DNA of 64,000 nt from assembly GCA_016748015.1 (NCBI GenBank), contig JAAOMT010000590.1, positions 553,912-617,911 of the forward strand, written 5' to 3'. The translations under genes and the position numbers were made by a program. A model generated the notes under the pieces. It did no database searches, was not told the origin of the DNA, and saw only the letters and a program-made list of their open reading frames with translations. Positions 1-12,500 of this stretch are shown in pieces; the stretch's first letter is position 1, and each line of letters opens with the position of its first letter. Source of the stretch: Geosiphon pyriformis uo1 (lineage: Eukaryota > Fungi > Glomeromycota).

Positions 1-1037
1 CGATATTTTGCATCTTCTAAATCTTTCAATATTTTGCGCTTTACTTTTGGGAAAGCGAATTCTGGGCTTCTCTCGTCTATAATATGCAAGTGACTGACAT
101 GGTTTTCTTCAGCCTCGGCTGCTAGGTCAGGGAAGAAACGATAAGTAGGGGATTGTGGGAAGGAGGGTCGTCTTGTAATTGATGAAAGCGAACGAGAAAG
201 GGAGGTTTGCTCATCGTTTGTGAAGTAGTGATCGGAATCCGTCTCCAGAGAGTCCGTTTCTGAATCAGAATAAGGAGATGAATTGCTAGATGCATAATTT
301 TCCGATCTTAAATTGAATAGTCTTTTTAACTGAGAATTTGCACCACTTGGACTACGTTGGAGTTGAGCAAGAGGTATTTTAGGTTGATAACTAAGACTAG
401 AGTGCTGTAAGGGCGAGGAGGAGGGTGCGGACGCAGGAAAATACATTTGAGTTTGTGTCGATATGTATTGAGATTGATTTTGCAGGGTAGGATGTTGATG
501 GTGTCTAGGGGGTGAAAACTGGTTGATCGCCTGTGGACTGCTGTTAGGAAACTTGCCAGAAAGAAGAAATAACGAGTGATGTCTCTCTCGTTGTAATGCA
601 GGATGACTTGATGGCAAAGAGGCAAGGTATGGGGAATTAAGTGAACTATTTGTTGAGGTAGTACCAGAGTTTGGAGAGCCTGGTGCGGAATCGTCGTATT
701 CTTCAAATGATGAACGTTGACTAATTTCACTTTCGTTTGCGGTACATAGATTGGGAGGGTATAAAGTTGACTGGACACGCGGCTTTAAAGCTAAGCTCTT
801 CTTCAATAAACTTTGACTTGAAGCTGAAGTTGAAAGGCTTCTTCTTGTTCGGCGAGTAAATTTATGGTTTGAAAGTTCGTCTTGTGGAGACGATGTTTGA
901 CCAACTGTGGACGATGTTGCTGGATTCAACAGCGTCCCAGTGTTGGTTGGTAAGGAAGAGGGCAGACCTTTGGAAGCGGTGTGTTCGCCGGGCAAAGAAC
1001 GCGATGTGAAAGGATTTTTTATTCTTTCTTCATGCAT
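1..1037 (-). CDS. 5' part of a host gene: at least 345 aa, Ser/Pro/Gln-rich, probably disordered N-terminus; product unknown; continues beyond the left edge
   Basis: Minus-strand frame is open from ATG at 1037 (MHEERIKNPFTSRSLPGEH...) to the window edge (...EFAFPKVKRKILKDLEDAKYR). There is an in-frame TAA upstream, and GC and CpG are retained, unlike the flanks. It is absent from the ORF track, presumably because it has no stop inside the window. Confidence 0.75.
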   Translation of the reverse strand, partial: MHEERIKNPFTSRSLPGEHTASKGLPSSLPTNTGTLLNPATSSTVGQTSSPQDELSNHKFTRRTRRSLSTSASSQSLLKKSLALKPRVQSTLYPPNLCTANESEISQRSSFEEYDDSAPGSPNSGTTSTNSSLNSPYLASLPSSHPALQRERHHSLFLLSGKFPNSSPQAINQFSPPRHHQHPTLQNQSQYISTQTQMYFPASAPSSSPLQHSSLSYQPKIPLAQLQRSPSGANSQLKRLFNLRSENYASSNSSPYSDSETDSLETDSDHYFTNDEQTSLSRSLSSITRRPSFPQSPTYRFFPDLAAEAEENHVSHLHIIDERSPEFAFPKVKRKILKDLEDAKY

Positions 1038-2955
1038 TGTGTTATCACGAACCAAAAAGTGATAATGACGTTTTTGCCTTCCAGAATAAAGATGCGCAAA
1101 GATAAATTAAATGGTAGATTTTGGATTTTAAACAGTGCGATCTTTAAGCTAACCTCTACTAAAGTCCTTAAGAATTCACTAAGATAAACTATTACTTTCC
1201 CGGTCCTGCCTGTAATATTGTAAAACCCTTATAAAGATGATAGCACAGCGTTCATTTCCCGGCAACAATTAAGGAAATCGATTCGGGAAGTCAAAATTTA
1301 CGTATATCATGCTTATTTAAATTGCAAATTTTAGGGAAAATCTATTTAAAACACTATATAAGTGATTATTATTATTATTGATATGGCACATATATTGTCA
1401 ATAATTATATATATATAATTATAAACCATAAATTTAACTTATAATTAAAACATAATATTTCAAATAATTCAATAAAAAAAGTTTTTACCAATTAATTTAT
1501 TTAATTTAATAATTTTTAAGTATAATAAAAAATAAAATGTTGTAAATTAAATATCAAACTAAAAATTTATATTGTTTATATACTTTTGATAAAATTTTTT
1601 TAATTTTTGTTTTTGGTTTATTATGTTAAAATTATTATTTAATTAATCTATAATTATTATTTTTTTATCATTATTTTAACAATTACTATTTATTATAATA
1701 CAACTAGATATATGTTCTAAATAAATATGGCTTATATAGTTTTACATATAACTAATTATTTGAACTAATCAAGATTATACTATATTAAATTTACAAAAAA
1801 AACTTATTTAATTTACTTATTTTATGCATAATACTAACAAAATTATTGCTATTTTTAACCAAACTGCTTATTTACTTAATAGTTATATTGTATTAAATTT
1901 AAAATTTAAAGTTTAAAACTTTTATAAAATTTTTATTTTAGCAAAAATCTTTTTATTAACAAAATATTTTTATTATTAATAATTGTTTTATTATTAAACA
2001 AATCATTTAAATTATATTTTACTTTAAAATTAATTGTTTTTTTTACTTAAATTATACATAATTTTACCAAAATACCAATCTGTTTTTTTATTGTAAGTAT
2101 TTTTTTAATTTTTAATTTATAATAGACAAAATATTTATTAATATTATAATTAAAACAGTTAAAAAAATAATAAACTTGATAATAAATTTAATTGAAATTT
2201 AAAGTATATTAATTATAAAAAAAATTTATTTAGATTTTTTTTTTTAAAAATATTTTTATTATTTTTTTAATTAAAAACATTATTTTAATTATTGAAGTTT
2301 TTAAAAATTAGTAAAAAATTTAATTATAATATTCTTATTTTTTTGTATTTTTATAATTATAAATAAAATAAAAAATAAAAAAAGTTGCAGTTTTTTATTT
2401 TTTAAAGTAATTAGTAATATTTTTATTAATAAAATACTTATAGTTATTAAAACTACTTAATACTTTATAAAAATATTTTTCTTAAATAAAACAATTAAAA
2501 TTTAGTTTTAAAACATTGTTTTTTGTTTTTGGTTAAAAGTTTTTCTTTTTTTAATGTTTTTTAAGAAAACCTATTTAGAACAATTTTAATATAATTTTAA
2601 TATTATTTAGAAATTTCAAAATATTTAATAATATATTTATTTTTAAAATATTTTTTTATATTTTAAATTACATATTATTAAATTTATAATAAAATATTAA
2701 ATTTATATTAATTATTTAATATAGTATTTTATAATAGAAATTAACTTTTTTATAAAAAATTTTAACTATAAGCTTTTTAATAATATATAATTACTTTGCA
2801 AAAAAAATTGATTTTTCTATAAAAAATTTTAATAATATAAAAAAAATAAATAAATAAAATTTTTGTTTAAGTTTAAAACAATTAAATTATTATTAAAATT
2901 AATAATTTAATTAATATTGTAAATTTTAAAACAGTTAATTATAAGTTTAAAAAAA

Positions 2956-4390
2956 CCTATTTCTTTTTTTCATTCCAAATTTCTAAAAAAAGTCAATATT
3001 TTTAAAAAAAAAATTTTTGGTGTTTATTATAATATATCTTATTATTTCTTAAAAAACAAATTTTTTTATTATAGAATTGACTGCTATTATAAGTAATTTT
3101 GTGTCTAAAAAAAACTCAGCAAAAGTTTTGATATTAGATTTAATTAGTAAAGTCTGGCTTAGCAACAAAAAATGTTTTTAGATAATATTAAGCATTTAGA
3201 AAATAAGACAAACATAAAATTTAAAGAAGTTGAACAAATGATTAAACAGTTTAATATAATAAATACAGATAAGAAAGTGTTAGTTATAAAATTGGCAATA
3301 AAAGTAAAGATTATTTTAGCTCAAACATAATATTCTTAAAGCCAAAAAAGTCAACACTAATAGAATAATTGGCTTCTTTATTGGAATATTAAAATACAAT
3401 TTAGATAATAATAAAGTTTTGTTCTTTTCTTATTTTTTAGTATTTTTAGATAAAAAATAAATTAATCCAAAGATTACCAAAACTCAAATAAAAGTACCTG
3501 TTAGAAAATTTTTTGTATTAAATATTAATCTTTCAATAGTAAAAAACAAATTAACAACTGCTAAAATTCAAGTAATCAGAAAAATTTTTTCAATAATTAA
3601 TGTTTATATTAGAAGAAAACATAGAAAAAACTACATTATTGGCCAAAAAAAAAACATTATTGTAAACAATAATCTTAAGAAACAAAAAATACATTTAGAT
3701 CAGACTATAGTAATTAAAAAAATTTCTATGAACATGTTAAAAAAAATAATTGTTACTATAGTATTTGTGTTTGATCAAATTATATTAATTTTATTGTAAT
3801 TAATTAAGCTGTAACAAAAAGCTGTAATAAAATTTGCCAAATTAAGTTAAACAAATCTGTAATAGCAAAATAATTATTTTTAATTAAAAAAATTCAGTAT
3901 ATATAGCTAAGACTATAAAAAATTATGATGTTTAGATGTCAAAAAATTGATTTAAGATACTTTTATTTACTTTTTTTATAGAAATAACTGTTTATAATTT
4001 TGGTACTTTGTTGGAAAAAACTAGTAAAAAAACTTGTATTATTAATTAATTATTTAAAATAAGCAATAGAATTTGCTATATTGTAGTTGGTTTTAAAACA
4101 AAAAAATCTGAAATTAGTCTTTTACACAAAGCTAATTTTTGATAATATAAAGCTTAGGTTAGGCTTAATTTAGTTTACTATAAGAAATATAAGTGTCTTA
4201 AATATTTAGTATTAAAGTATAAAATATTAAGTATATCTGTTTTGTAAGTTTTAAAAACATATAAAAAAATTGTGTCAAATAAAAATCATCTTTAGTTAGC
4301 CAGATTGTATGTAAAAAAAAGTGTTTTTATTTCATGTCTAATTATTTTTAATAACAAATTTTGAACACAAATGGTTTTGTTTTTTTTTGT
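2956..4390 (+). mobile_element. AT-eroded LINE relic (5' UTR and ORF1), related to the LINE at 7576
   Basis: The 5' end TTTCATTCCAAATTTCTAAAAAAAGTCA matches 7587-7614. 3497-3600 aligns with 8130-8235 (VRKSFALDINLSAVE...KTQLIRKLFSKING), differing mostly by C>T/G>A. Homology continues to the FGGKSWAQVV region near 4345-4380. Confidence 0.8.
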
Positions 4391-4608
4391 GCTAAAACAT
4401 TAAGAAAAGTTATATTATTTATAATAATTTTTTTAATTGTTTTTAAAATAGTTGGAATTAAGATATTTTAAATGGTTTTAGAATTTTAAGATAATAGTAT
4501 TAGTTGTAAAGAATACAAAAAATTTTGAATTGGAATTAGAATTGCCAAATATTTTTTAATTTTTTGTAAAAATTTATGTTAAATCTTTTTCTATATATTA
4601 GTATATTT

Positions 4609-4723
4609 TTTTATTTATTTATTTATTAACGAGTGCAGCCCAACCAAAGTCTAGAATAAGTTACAAAGAAAAGTAGCCAACTAAACATGGTTCACACATT
4701 TGCTACATGTGACCGGCCACTCG
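4609..4723 (-). mobile_element. 115-bp LINE 3'-end insertion with A-rich tail and 9-bp target-site duplication
   Basis: The minus strand reads CGAGTGGCCGGTCACATGTAGCAAATG...GGGCTGCACTCGTTAATAAATAAATAAAT-A(n), matching the LINE 3' UTRs at 14297-14417 and 62082-62205. AGTATATTT flanks it at 4600-4608 and 4724-4732. Confidence 0.85.
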
Positions 4724-5699
4724 AGTATATTTAATACATAAATTGAATTTTTAGTATATTAGATTTTTTGTGTTTATTATATAATAATATTCAAATATAT
4801 TGCAAAATTTTTAGTGTTAATTTATAAAAGTTTTATAAATATAAAACTTGTTTTATTATAATATAATTAAGAAAATTTGTATATTAAAAGAGTTTAATAA
4901 TAAATAAAATCAAAAATATAATATTAAAAATATAATAAATTAAAAAATAAAAGACATAAATAAAAAATATACCAAATTAAAAAATTAAAGATATGTTAAA
5001 TCAAAAAATAAAAAACATGTTAGATTAAAAGATAAAAAACACAAATTTATAATCATTTTTATATAAATAAGACAATACAATAAGTTAAAATAATTATATT
5101 ATACTATAATTATATATATTATTATAATATAAGATAATATTATTGTAAAATATCTAATTATATATATATTATTAAAAAAAAATAATAATAATAATTTATA
5201 ATAATATAATATATGTTTGTTTTCTAATTGTTTTTTAATTTATATATATTTAAAGATTTTGTTTAAGATTTTTGTATAAAAAATAAAAATTCAATATTTA
5301 ATAGTTATTAATACTTAATATTTTATTTTTTTAATATAATAAATAATTTATTTTATTAAATAATACTTAATATTGTAATTTTAATATTTATTTTTTTAAG
5401 AAATTAGTTTAATAATAAAACAAAAAAAATAAAATAAAAGTTAATATTTTATTAATAATTTGTAATTAAAAATTATTGGTTTAATATTATAAATTTATAA
5501 ATTAATGTTTTTAAAACTGTTGTTTTAATAAATAATATAAATAAAATAAATAATTTAATAATAATAAATATAATTTATAAAATTATTTTTGGCTTAAATA
5601 AAAAGTTTATTTAATATTTAATTTATAAATAAAGTTTTAAATTATTAGATAAATAAAATTTAAATTAAGTTAAATAGTTTTTTTCTATTATTATTATAA

Positions 5700-5866
5700 T
5701 ATATATTTATTTTTAATAATACAAAATATTTTGTAGTTTTTTTAGTTATTTCTGATATTTTTTTGGTATTTTTAAAATTTTTAGCATTTTTAGTATTTTA
5801 TAAGTATTTTTAAAATTTTAATATTATGTTATCTTTTTAATTTTATTATTTAATTGGTTAATTTAT

Positions 5867-5901
<35 letters not shown>

Positions 5902-6750
5902 TTCTAAATTAATACTTTTTTTTATTGTTGTTGCTTTGTAAAATATTTTTAAAAAAGATTTAATTAATAATATTAAGAATGTTTTTAATAGTTTTATTAA
6001 AATTTTTGATATTAAATTAAAATTTATTAGTATTTAATAATATATTATTATTTATTTTAAATCTTATAATACTATTATAATTGTTTTTAATTATTGATAA
6101 TTTTGGTTAAAAAAAAACAATATTAAAATATTTTTGTTTAATCAAAAAAAATAATTATTAAACATAATATTTTATAAAAAATGCTTTAATTTTATTTTTG
6201 GTTTATTACTAACTAATATAATTTGTAATATTTTATATATTTACTTAATTAAATTTATAATTAAGTATTTTAAAATTTTTTATTGTTGTTTTAAATTTTA
6301 TTAATTTAATTTTAACTTGTTTATTATATTAAAATATTAAAATATTTTATAAAATATTTATTATGTTTATTAATTAATTTTTTTAAGCAAATATTACAAA
6401 ATACTTTTTATATTTTCAATTTTTTTAGATAGTTTATTCATTATTAGAGTTTTTAATTTTAAATTTAACTTATAATTAAATTAAATTTTAAATTTAAGTT
6501 TTAAAAAATAAAGTTTTTGTTTGTTTTTATATTAAAATTTTAATAATATTGCAAATTTATTAAAAATTTAAACATATAATACAAAATTAACTAATTAATT
6601 TAATATTAACTTAAATATTTTAAAAACGATCTTAAAAAAAAACAAAAAAGTGGTTTTATAAATTAAGCCAAATAATTTAAAATTTAAATTTGTAATCATA
6701 TTAATAATTAAAAGTTTTTATTAAATATGATTTTTTTAATTATAATAATA
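5700..6750 (+). mobile_element. Very heavily eroded LINE ORF1-like relic (boundaries approximate)
   Basis: 6104-6131 reads as LVKKNNIKI, compared with ORF1 LVGKDSVRV/I. It resembles the minus-strand relic at 23600-23850. Confidence 0.35.
5870..5901. repeat. (AAT)n microsatellite
   Basis: Seen directly. Confidence 0.95.
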
Positions 6751-7687
6751 TTAAAAATTTTATTAATTTTATAAGTTGTATAGCCAAAAAAAATTATAAT
6801 AATATATTTTTTTTATAAAAACTAATCAGTAATTAAAAGCCAAATTAACAAAATTAAACTTTTAAAATAAATAATAACATATTATTATAAATTACAAATT
6901 TTAACTTAATAATAATAATTTATTAAATATTTTAAGAACAGTTTTAATATTATTAAAAAATATGTTAAAATTTTTTTATTTACAATAAAAATATAATTTA
7001 ATTATTATCTTAAAATAAATATAACTTTTGTTTTATCTATATATAACTAAAATATATATTATAAAATACAAAAACAGTTATATTAAAACTTAATTTAAAA
7101 ATTATAACAGATTTTATAATCTTTTACATATTAAAAAAATGATTTAAAAGATTCAATTTTAATAATATTATTTAAAATTTTAAAATACAAATTTTTTATA
7201 AAATAGCTTAATATTGTTTTTTATAATTTAAAATCAACAAAATAAAAAAACAATTTTAATATAACTTATTTTGTTTTTAAAAAAGTTGTTGTTTATATTT
7301 AATTTAAAATTAAATATTATAGTTAAAATTAATAAAAAAAATTTAATAAAAACTAAAATTAAATAAAAAATTAATTTTAAAACAATACTAATAAGATTAA
7401 AGTTTAAAATTTTTTAAAAATATCAAAAAAGTTCTTAAAATTATTAGTTATAATTATTGCTTTTTAATAATTTGGTTTTTTAATTATTTAAGAAATAATA
7501 ATATAAATTATATAAAAAATACAATTAAAACTTAAATTGCTAATTTGTTTTTTACAGCTAAAAAATTAAAAAAAACTCTTTCTCTCTTTCATTCCAAATT
7601 CCTAAAAAAGAGTCATATTTTGAAAGTAGTTTTTTTGTTTTTCACTTGCTGTATCTCAACATTTCTCTTACAAATAATCCTTTTATT

Positions 7688-9594
7688 GTGGACTTGGAAG
7701 CTGCTTCTGGCAGTAGTATGTCAAATAAGAAAGCTCCTGTTGGTGCTTTTTCTGGTTCTGTTGGTGGTCCCTCCTCTCAAAAAAAAAGAGTTTCCCTTCG
7801 CCATATGAGTCAGTCTGGTGATAGAAACAAAGCTGTTTTGGCCAAACCTCATTCTGGTGGGAGTCAATACTCGGATATGGAGAGTGATTCTGGTGACAGT
7901 GTTACTGGTGGCATCTTGGCTGGTGGTGATGATGGATCTCTTCTTGGCTTGGCTGCAACAACTCCTAAGACAAAAAGAGTTAAGAATAATTTGGACTACG
8001 GCTCCCCTCTTGGTTCATTAGATTACAATGTGAATGATGATGATAGTGGTCCTCTCCCCTTTCTTCTTGGTATTCCTTTAGAAAAAATGTGGTTGGATCT
8101 CAAAATTGTTAAATCTCAAGTAGAAGTTGCTGTTAGGAAGTCTTTTGCATTAGATATTAATCTCTCAGCTGTGGAAGGCAAATCGGCGACTGCAAAAACT
8201 CAATTGATCAGGAAATTGTTTTCAAAAATCAATGGTTTTAGGGGGGCCACTACCCTCTCAAAATTTGAAGAAATTATCAGATCGACGTTTACTTCATCAG
8301 AGAGCTTGGAAAAGGCCACATCATTGGCCAAAGAAAATAACATCATAGTAAACAGTGATCTTAAGAGACAAGGAATTTGCTCAGATTGGGCCGTAGTAAT
8401 CAAGGAAATTCCCATGGATATGCCAAAAAAAATGATCATCGCCGCAGTATTTGAGTATGGTCAGATTGTGTCTATCAAAGTTCAGTTAATTGGGCTATGG
8501 CAGAAGGCTGTGGTGGAGTTTGCCGAATCTAGCCAGGCTGATCTGTTGGCATTAAAATGGTCTTTCCTAGTTGGGAAAGATTCTGTGTGTGTGGCCAAGG
8601 CTGTAGGAGATCATGAGACATGGGCTTTTAGGAATCAATTCAGGGCACTTCTGTTTACTTTGCCGGTGGGAACGACAGCTCATGATCTTGGGAATCTATT
8701 GGAAAGGACCGGTGAGAAAACTTGTGTCATCAATTATTCATTGGAGACTGGCAACAGAACACACTGTGCTGTGGTATGTTTTGAATCTGATGAAGCTATG
8801 GAATCAGCTTTTCACACAGAGCTGATCTTTGGTGGAGTGAAACTCTCATGGGCTAGGTTGGATTTGGTTTGCTGTGAATGGTGTGGGAAGTTCGGTTATT
8901 CTGCTCTGAAATGTGATGCTGAGGTTGCATCAGTTTCTCAGTCACCCAAGTCATTTAAAAAGCCTGCTAACTTGGATACTCATCTCCAGTTGGCCAAATT
9001 ATATACTAAAAAGAAGGTTCCGATCTCTCATCCTGTTGCTTTTGGAGGCAAATCCTGGGCCCAAGTGGTCTCAGTTGCTTTGGTCTCTCATGGTCCTCTT
9101 GATGGCTCTGGTTCTGGTTCTCTGCTTATTGGTGCTTCAAGTTCTAGTGGTACCCCTCCTCCTCTTTCTATGGTCGATGCTCCCTTGGGTGTGCATTTGG
9201 CACGTCTGGAATGCTCTGTAGAGCTTTTATCTGATCAAATTTCGAACATTCTTCTTCGTTTTAACAATTTCAGTTTGGTGCCTTTAGCTCCTCCTTCTAA
9301 TATGATTCCTCCAGTGAATACTCCTCAACTGTCCATCTCTGGTTCTCTTATGGTGGCTAACTTTGACTTGGATTCTAACATGGTGTTAGACGTTCCTTTG
9401 GCTCAACCCATTTCTTTCCCTTCTAGCAATGATATTCTTAATTGGGTCATAACAGTTCCAAGGTGCTGACTTCTAAAGTTGGTGTTTTAGAATCGAAGTT
9501 GGTTGCTCTTGATGCCTCCATTGGTTCAATTTTGGCGAAGTTGGAGCAGATGTGTGCTGGTTTGGGTTTTCTGGTTCTCTCCTCATCTCAATGA
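7688..9594 (+). pseudogene. LINE A ORF1 (nucleic-acid-binding, RRM-like region plus decayed CCHC knuckle)
   Basis: ORF 7646-9469 contains IKEIPMD...FEYGQIVSI...QKAVVEF and CEWCGKFGYSALKC. There is a frameshift near 9435. The homologous end SSKVLTSKVG...SSSQ* stops at 9592-9594. Confidence 0.85.
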
Positions 9595-12500
9595 CCAGTT
9601 ATATTTGGAAAATTGCCACATGCAATGTTAGGGGTATGAACAATCCTGCGAAACAGAAAGATATTATTCGTTGACATAAAGAAATGAACAATATGATTTC
9701 AATTGTTACTGAGACTAAGTTAAAAGATGAGGTTTGCCCTTGGATTATGAACAAGTTTGTTGGCATTTGGGTTTTTACTTCTGGTTTGGTTTCTGGTCAC
9801 ATGAGTTCTGGAGTTGCAATCATTATAAACAATTTCTTGGCTCAGCATGTGTGTAAGGTTTTAGACATTCCTGGCTGGTTTTTTTCTGTTAAGCTTCTCT
9901 TCAAAAATAAACTGTTTGTGTCAATTTTGGGGCTATATGCTGGATCATCTTTGGCAGTATGTTTCTCTCAGGTGGATGATATCAATTCTTTGATCGCGAG
10001 AGTAGTAAATGAGTCTTCCTTCATCATCTTGGGTGGTAACTTCAATAAAGATGGTTCTCACAAAAGTGCTAGCTTAAAAAAATGCTTTGATTTGGGTTTG
10101 GTCAACTCTTTGAGTCGAAGCTTGTTTGGAAAAGATGCTACATGGAACAATTCTCGTGGAGTGGCTAAAGTTATTGATTATGTGTTTGTGTCATCAAGTC
10201 TTGTTAATGCAATTTTGGATCGTGATGTGTCTGGTGTCGAAGAGTATTTTGACACTGATCATAAAGCTGTTTCTGTCTCCATGGGTCTTGGTGGTTTGCT
10301 GGATGTGCAGTTGAACTCATTGCACAATCAAGCAAATAAGAATTGTTGGAAGTACAATTTTGTGAATGCTGGTGATGCTGATTGAATTAAGTTTAAAAAA
10401 GATACTTCGGCGAATGCTGCCATGTTCCATGATAAATTTTATGCTGCCAAGATATGTTTGGACCTGGACACAATGTGGAGTCACCTTTGCCAAGTGATGT
10501 GTTTGTCAGCTGAGAACGTTTTCAAAAAAAAATGGTTTAAGAGTTTTGACAGTGTCTATAATAGAAAATCATCCAGATTTCACAAATTAGAACTTTTGGT
10601 GTCAAAGATTGTCAAAGCCTCTTGTCTGGTCTCTCATGAGGAATTTGTTTCTCTACTTGGCACATGGAAGAGAATTGATACTGCTAATGCTTCTGTTGTA
10701 GAGTCTCTCTTTCTTTCGGGTTCTTATTTTAATGCCATTTGTTCAGCTTTGGCCAGGATAAGGAAATCTTACCATTCATCTAAGTTGTCAGAATCAAATC
10801 ATACCAAAGAATCTCAGATCAAGTTGGCAATTAACAAGAGAATGGAGAGTTTTGAGTTGAACAAAGGTCATACTGTACGTAGTGTTTTGGAATGACTCTT
10901 CTACAAGGTAGTTTTAGATCATTTGGTGGCAGGGGATGAGCTGGTGTTGGATCCTGCTCCTGTGAAGTCTAAGATGGATAAGATTATGAAAGGCTGGACT
11001 AGAAAGCAAAGGGTGGTGCTCGACGTTAATGATGAGTGGTCTTACCAGTATCGTCCTTTGGGTTATGTTTTCGACGAAGCTTTTTCTGGTGTAATGGGTG
11101 TGATTGACTTCGATGAATTGTTTGAGGTTGTTTCCAACCTGCCGGATGGCAAAGCTGCTGGCCTTTCGGGTATCTCGAATGAGCTTTGGAAGCATTGCAA
11201 TATTTCAGTCCTTAATATGCTCTTGGTGCTTTTGAACTCTTGCCTGTCTGAGGAATCTGTCTCTGGCCCTTGGAGAGAAGCTTGGGTTTTGATGATTTCC
11301 AAACCGTATGAATGGGAGGGTGTTCTTACAAATACTTGTCCTATTGCACTGATTGAGACAGCTCGCAAGATTTTCTCCAAAATACTTTCAGACAGGATTT
11401 CTTCAGCATACAGCACTTATGATGTCTTTCATGGTGACAATTTTTTGGTTTTGAAAGGTACAATGACACAGTCCCCCATTTTTGCAGTTGGTTTGGTTGT
11501 TGAAGATGCCCTGGAAAAGAACTGAGAGCTTTGGCTGGTCCTGCAGAATATGAGGAAGGCGTATGATTCTGTTGGCTGGGAGCATTTGGAGAAGTGTTTG
11601 GTTAGAATTAAAATGTGTAACAAGTTTATTCGGTTTTTTGGCAGCATTCACAGAGGTCGCACTAATCGAGTCATGACAGATTTTGGTTTGACAGATGGTT
11701 ATCATGTCCATGATGGTTTAGATCAAGGAGAGGTCTTTTTCTCCCTCCTGTGGCACATTTTTTATGATCCTCTTTTGTGCAAAGTCAAGTGTCAGGAGAG
11801 TGTTTGTGGGTATAGGCTAATTTCTCATTTTGTTTCTAAGAGTGGTCGTGCCGAATCACAAGCTGGGCTTTCTTCCTATTTTGCTGCTGGCGCCTTTGTT
11901 GATGATACAATTTGGGTTGGCAGTAGTCAGAGAGCTACTCAACACATTTTGGACTTTGTTAGTGAGTTTTTTCAGATTAATGACATATTAATAAACAATG
12001 ACAAGACAGTAGCTATTCCTATCAATTGTAAAGTTGGAAATTCCGCTCTTTTTATTAGTGGTTCACCTATTTCTGTTGCCAAAAAGAGTGAATCCCATCA
12101 GTATTTGGGCATATTTCTGTCAACTGAGGGCTTTTCCAAACCCAGTTTAGCTAAGACGCATTCGGACGTTCGTTTCTTTACAAATTTGGTTCTGAAAAAA
12201 GCTATCTCAGATAAGCAGTTCTTATATTTGGTTTCAGTAGTTCTCCAACCTATAATTAGCTACAGGACACAATTTAGCTTTGTTCCTATAGGCATTTGCA
12301 ACAAGTGAGATGCTATGATTCATAAGGGCCTAAAGCTCAAATCTGGACTTCCGCTTGACTTTCCTAGTGATTCGATCCATCACCCCTCCTTTTATGGTTT
12401 GAAATCTTTTCTGCAGATTCAGTCTGAAGGCAAGGTTGCTTCTCTTATTAATTTTGCCAACTCTGGTGGGATTGTAAGACGTTTGTTCTCTTATAGGTCT

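Noticed and set aside
326-778. 150-aa minus-strand ORF
   Set aside because: Alternative frame inside the longer open frame 1037 to 1.
4900-5045. Decayed tandem repeats of about 24 bp
   Set aside because: Probably an eroded repetitive coding segment of a TE; the unit cannot be defined reliably.
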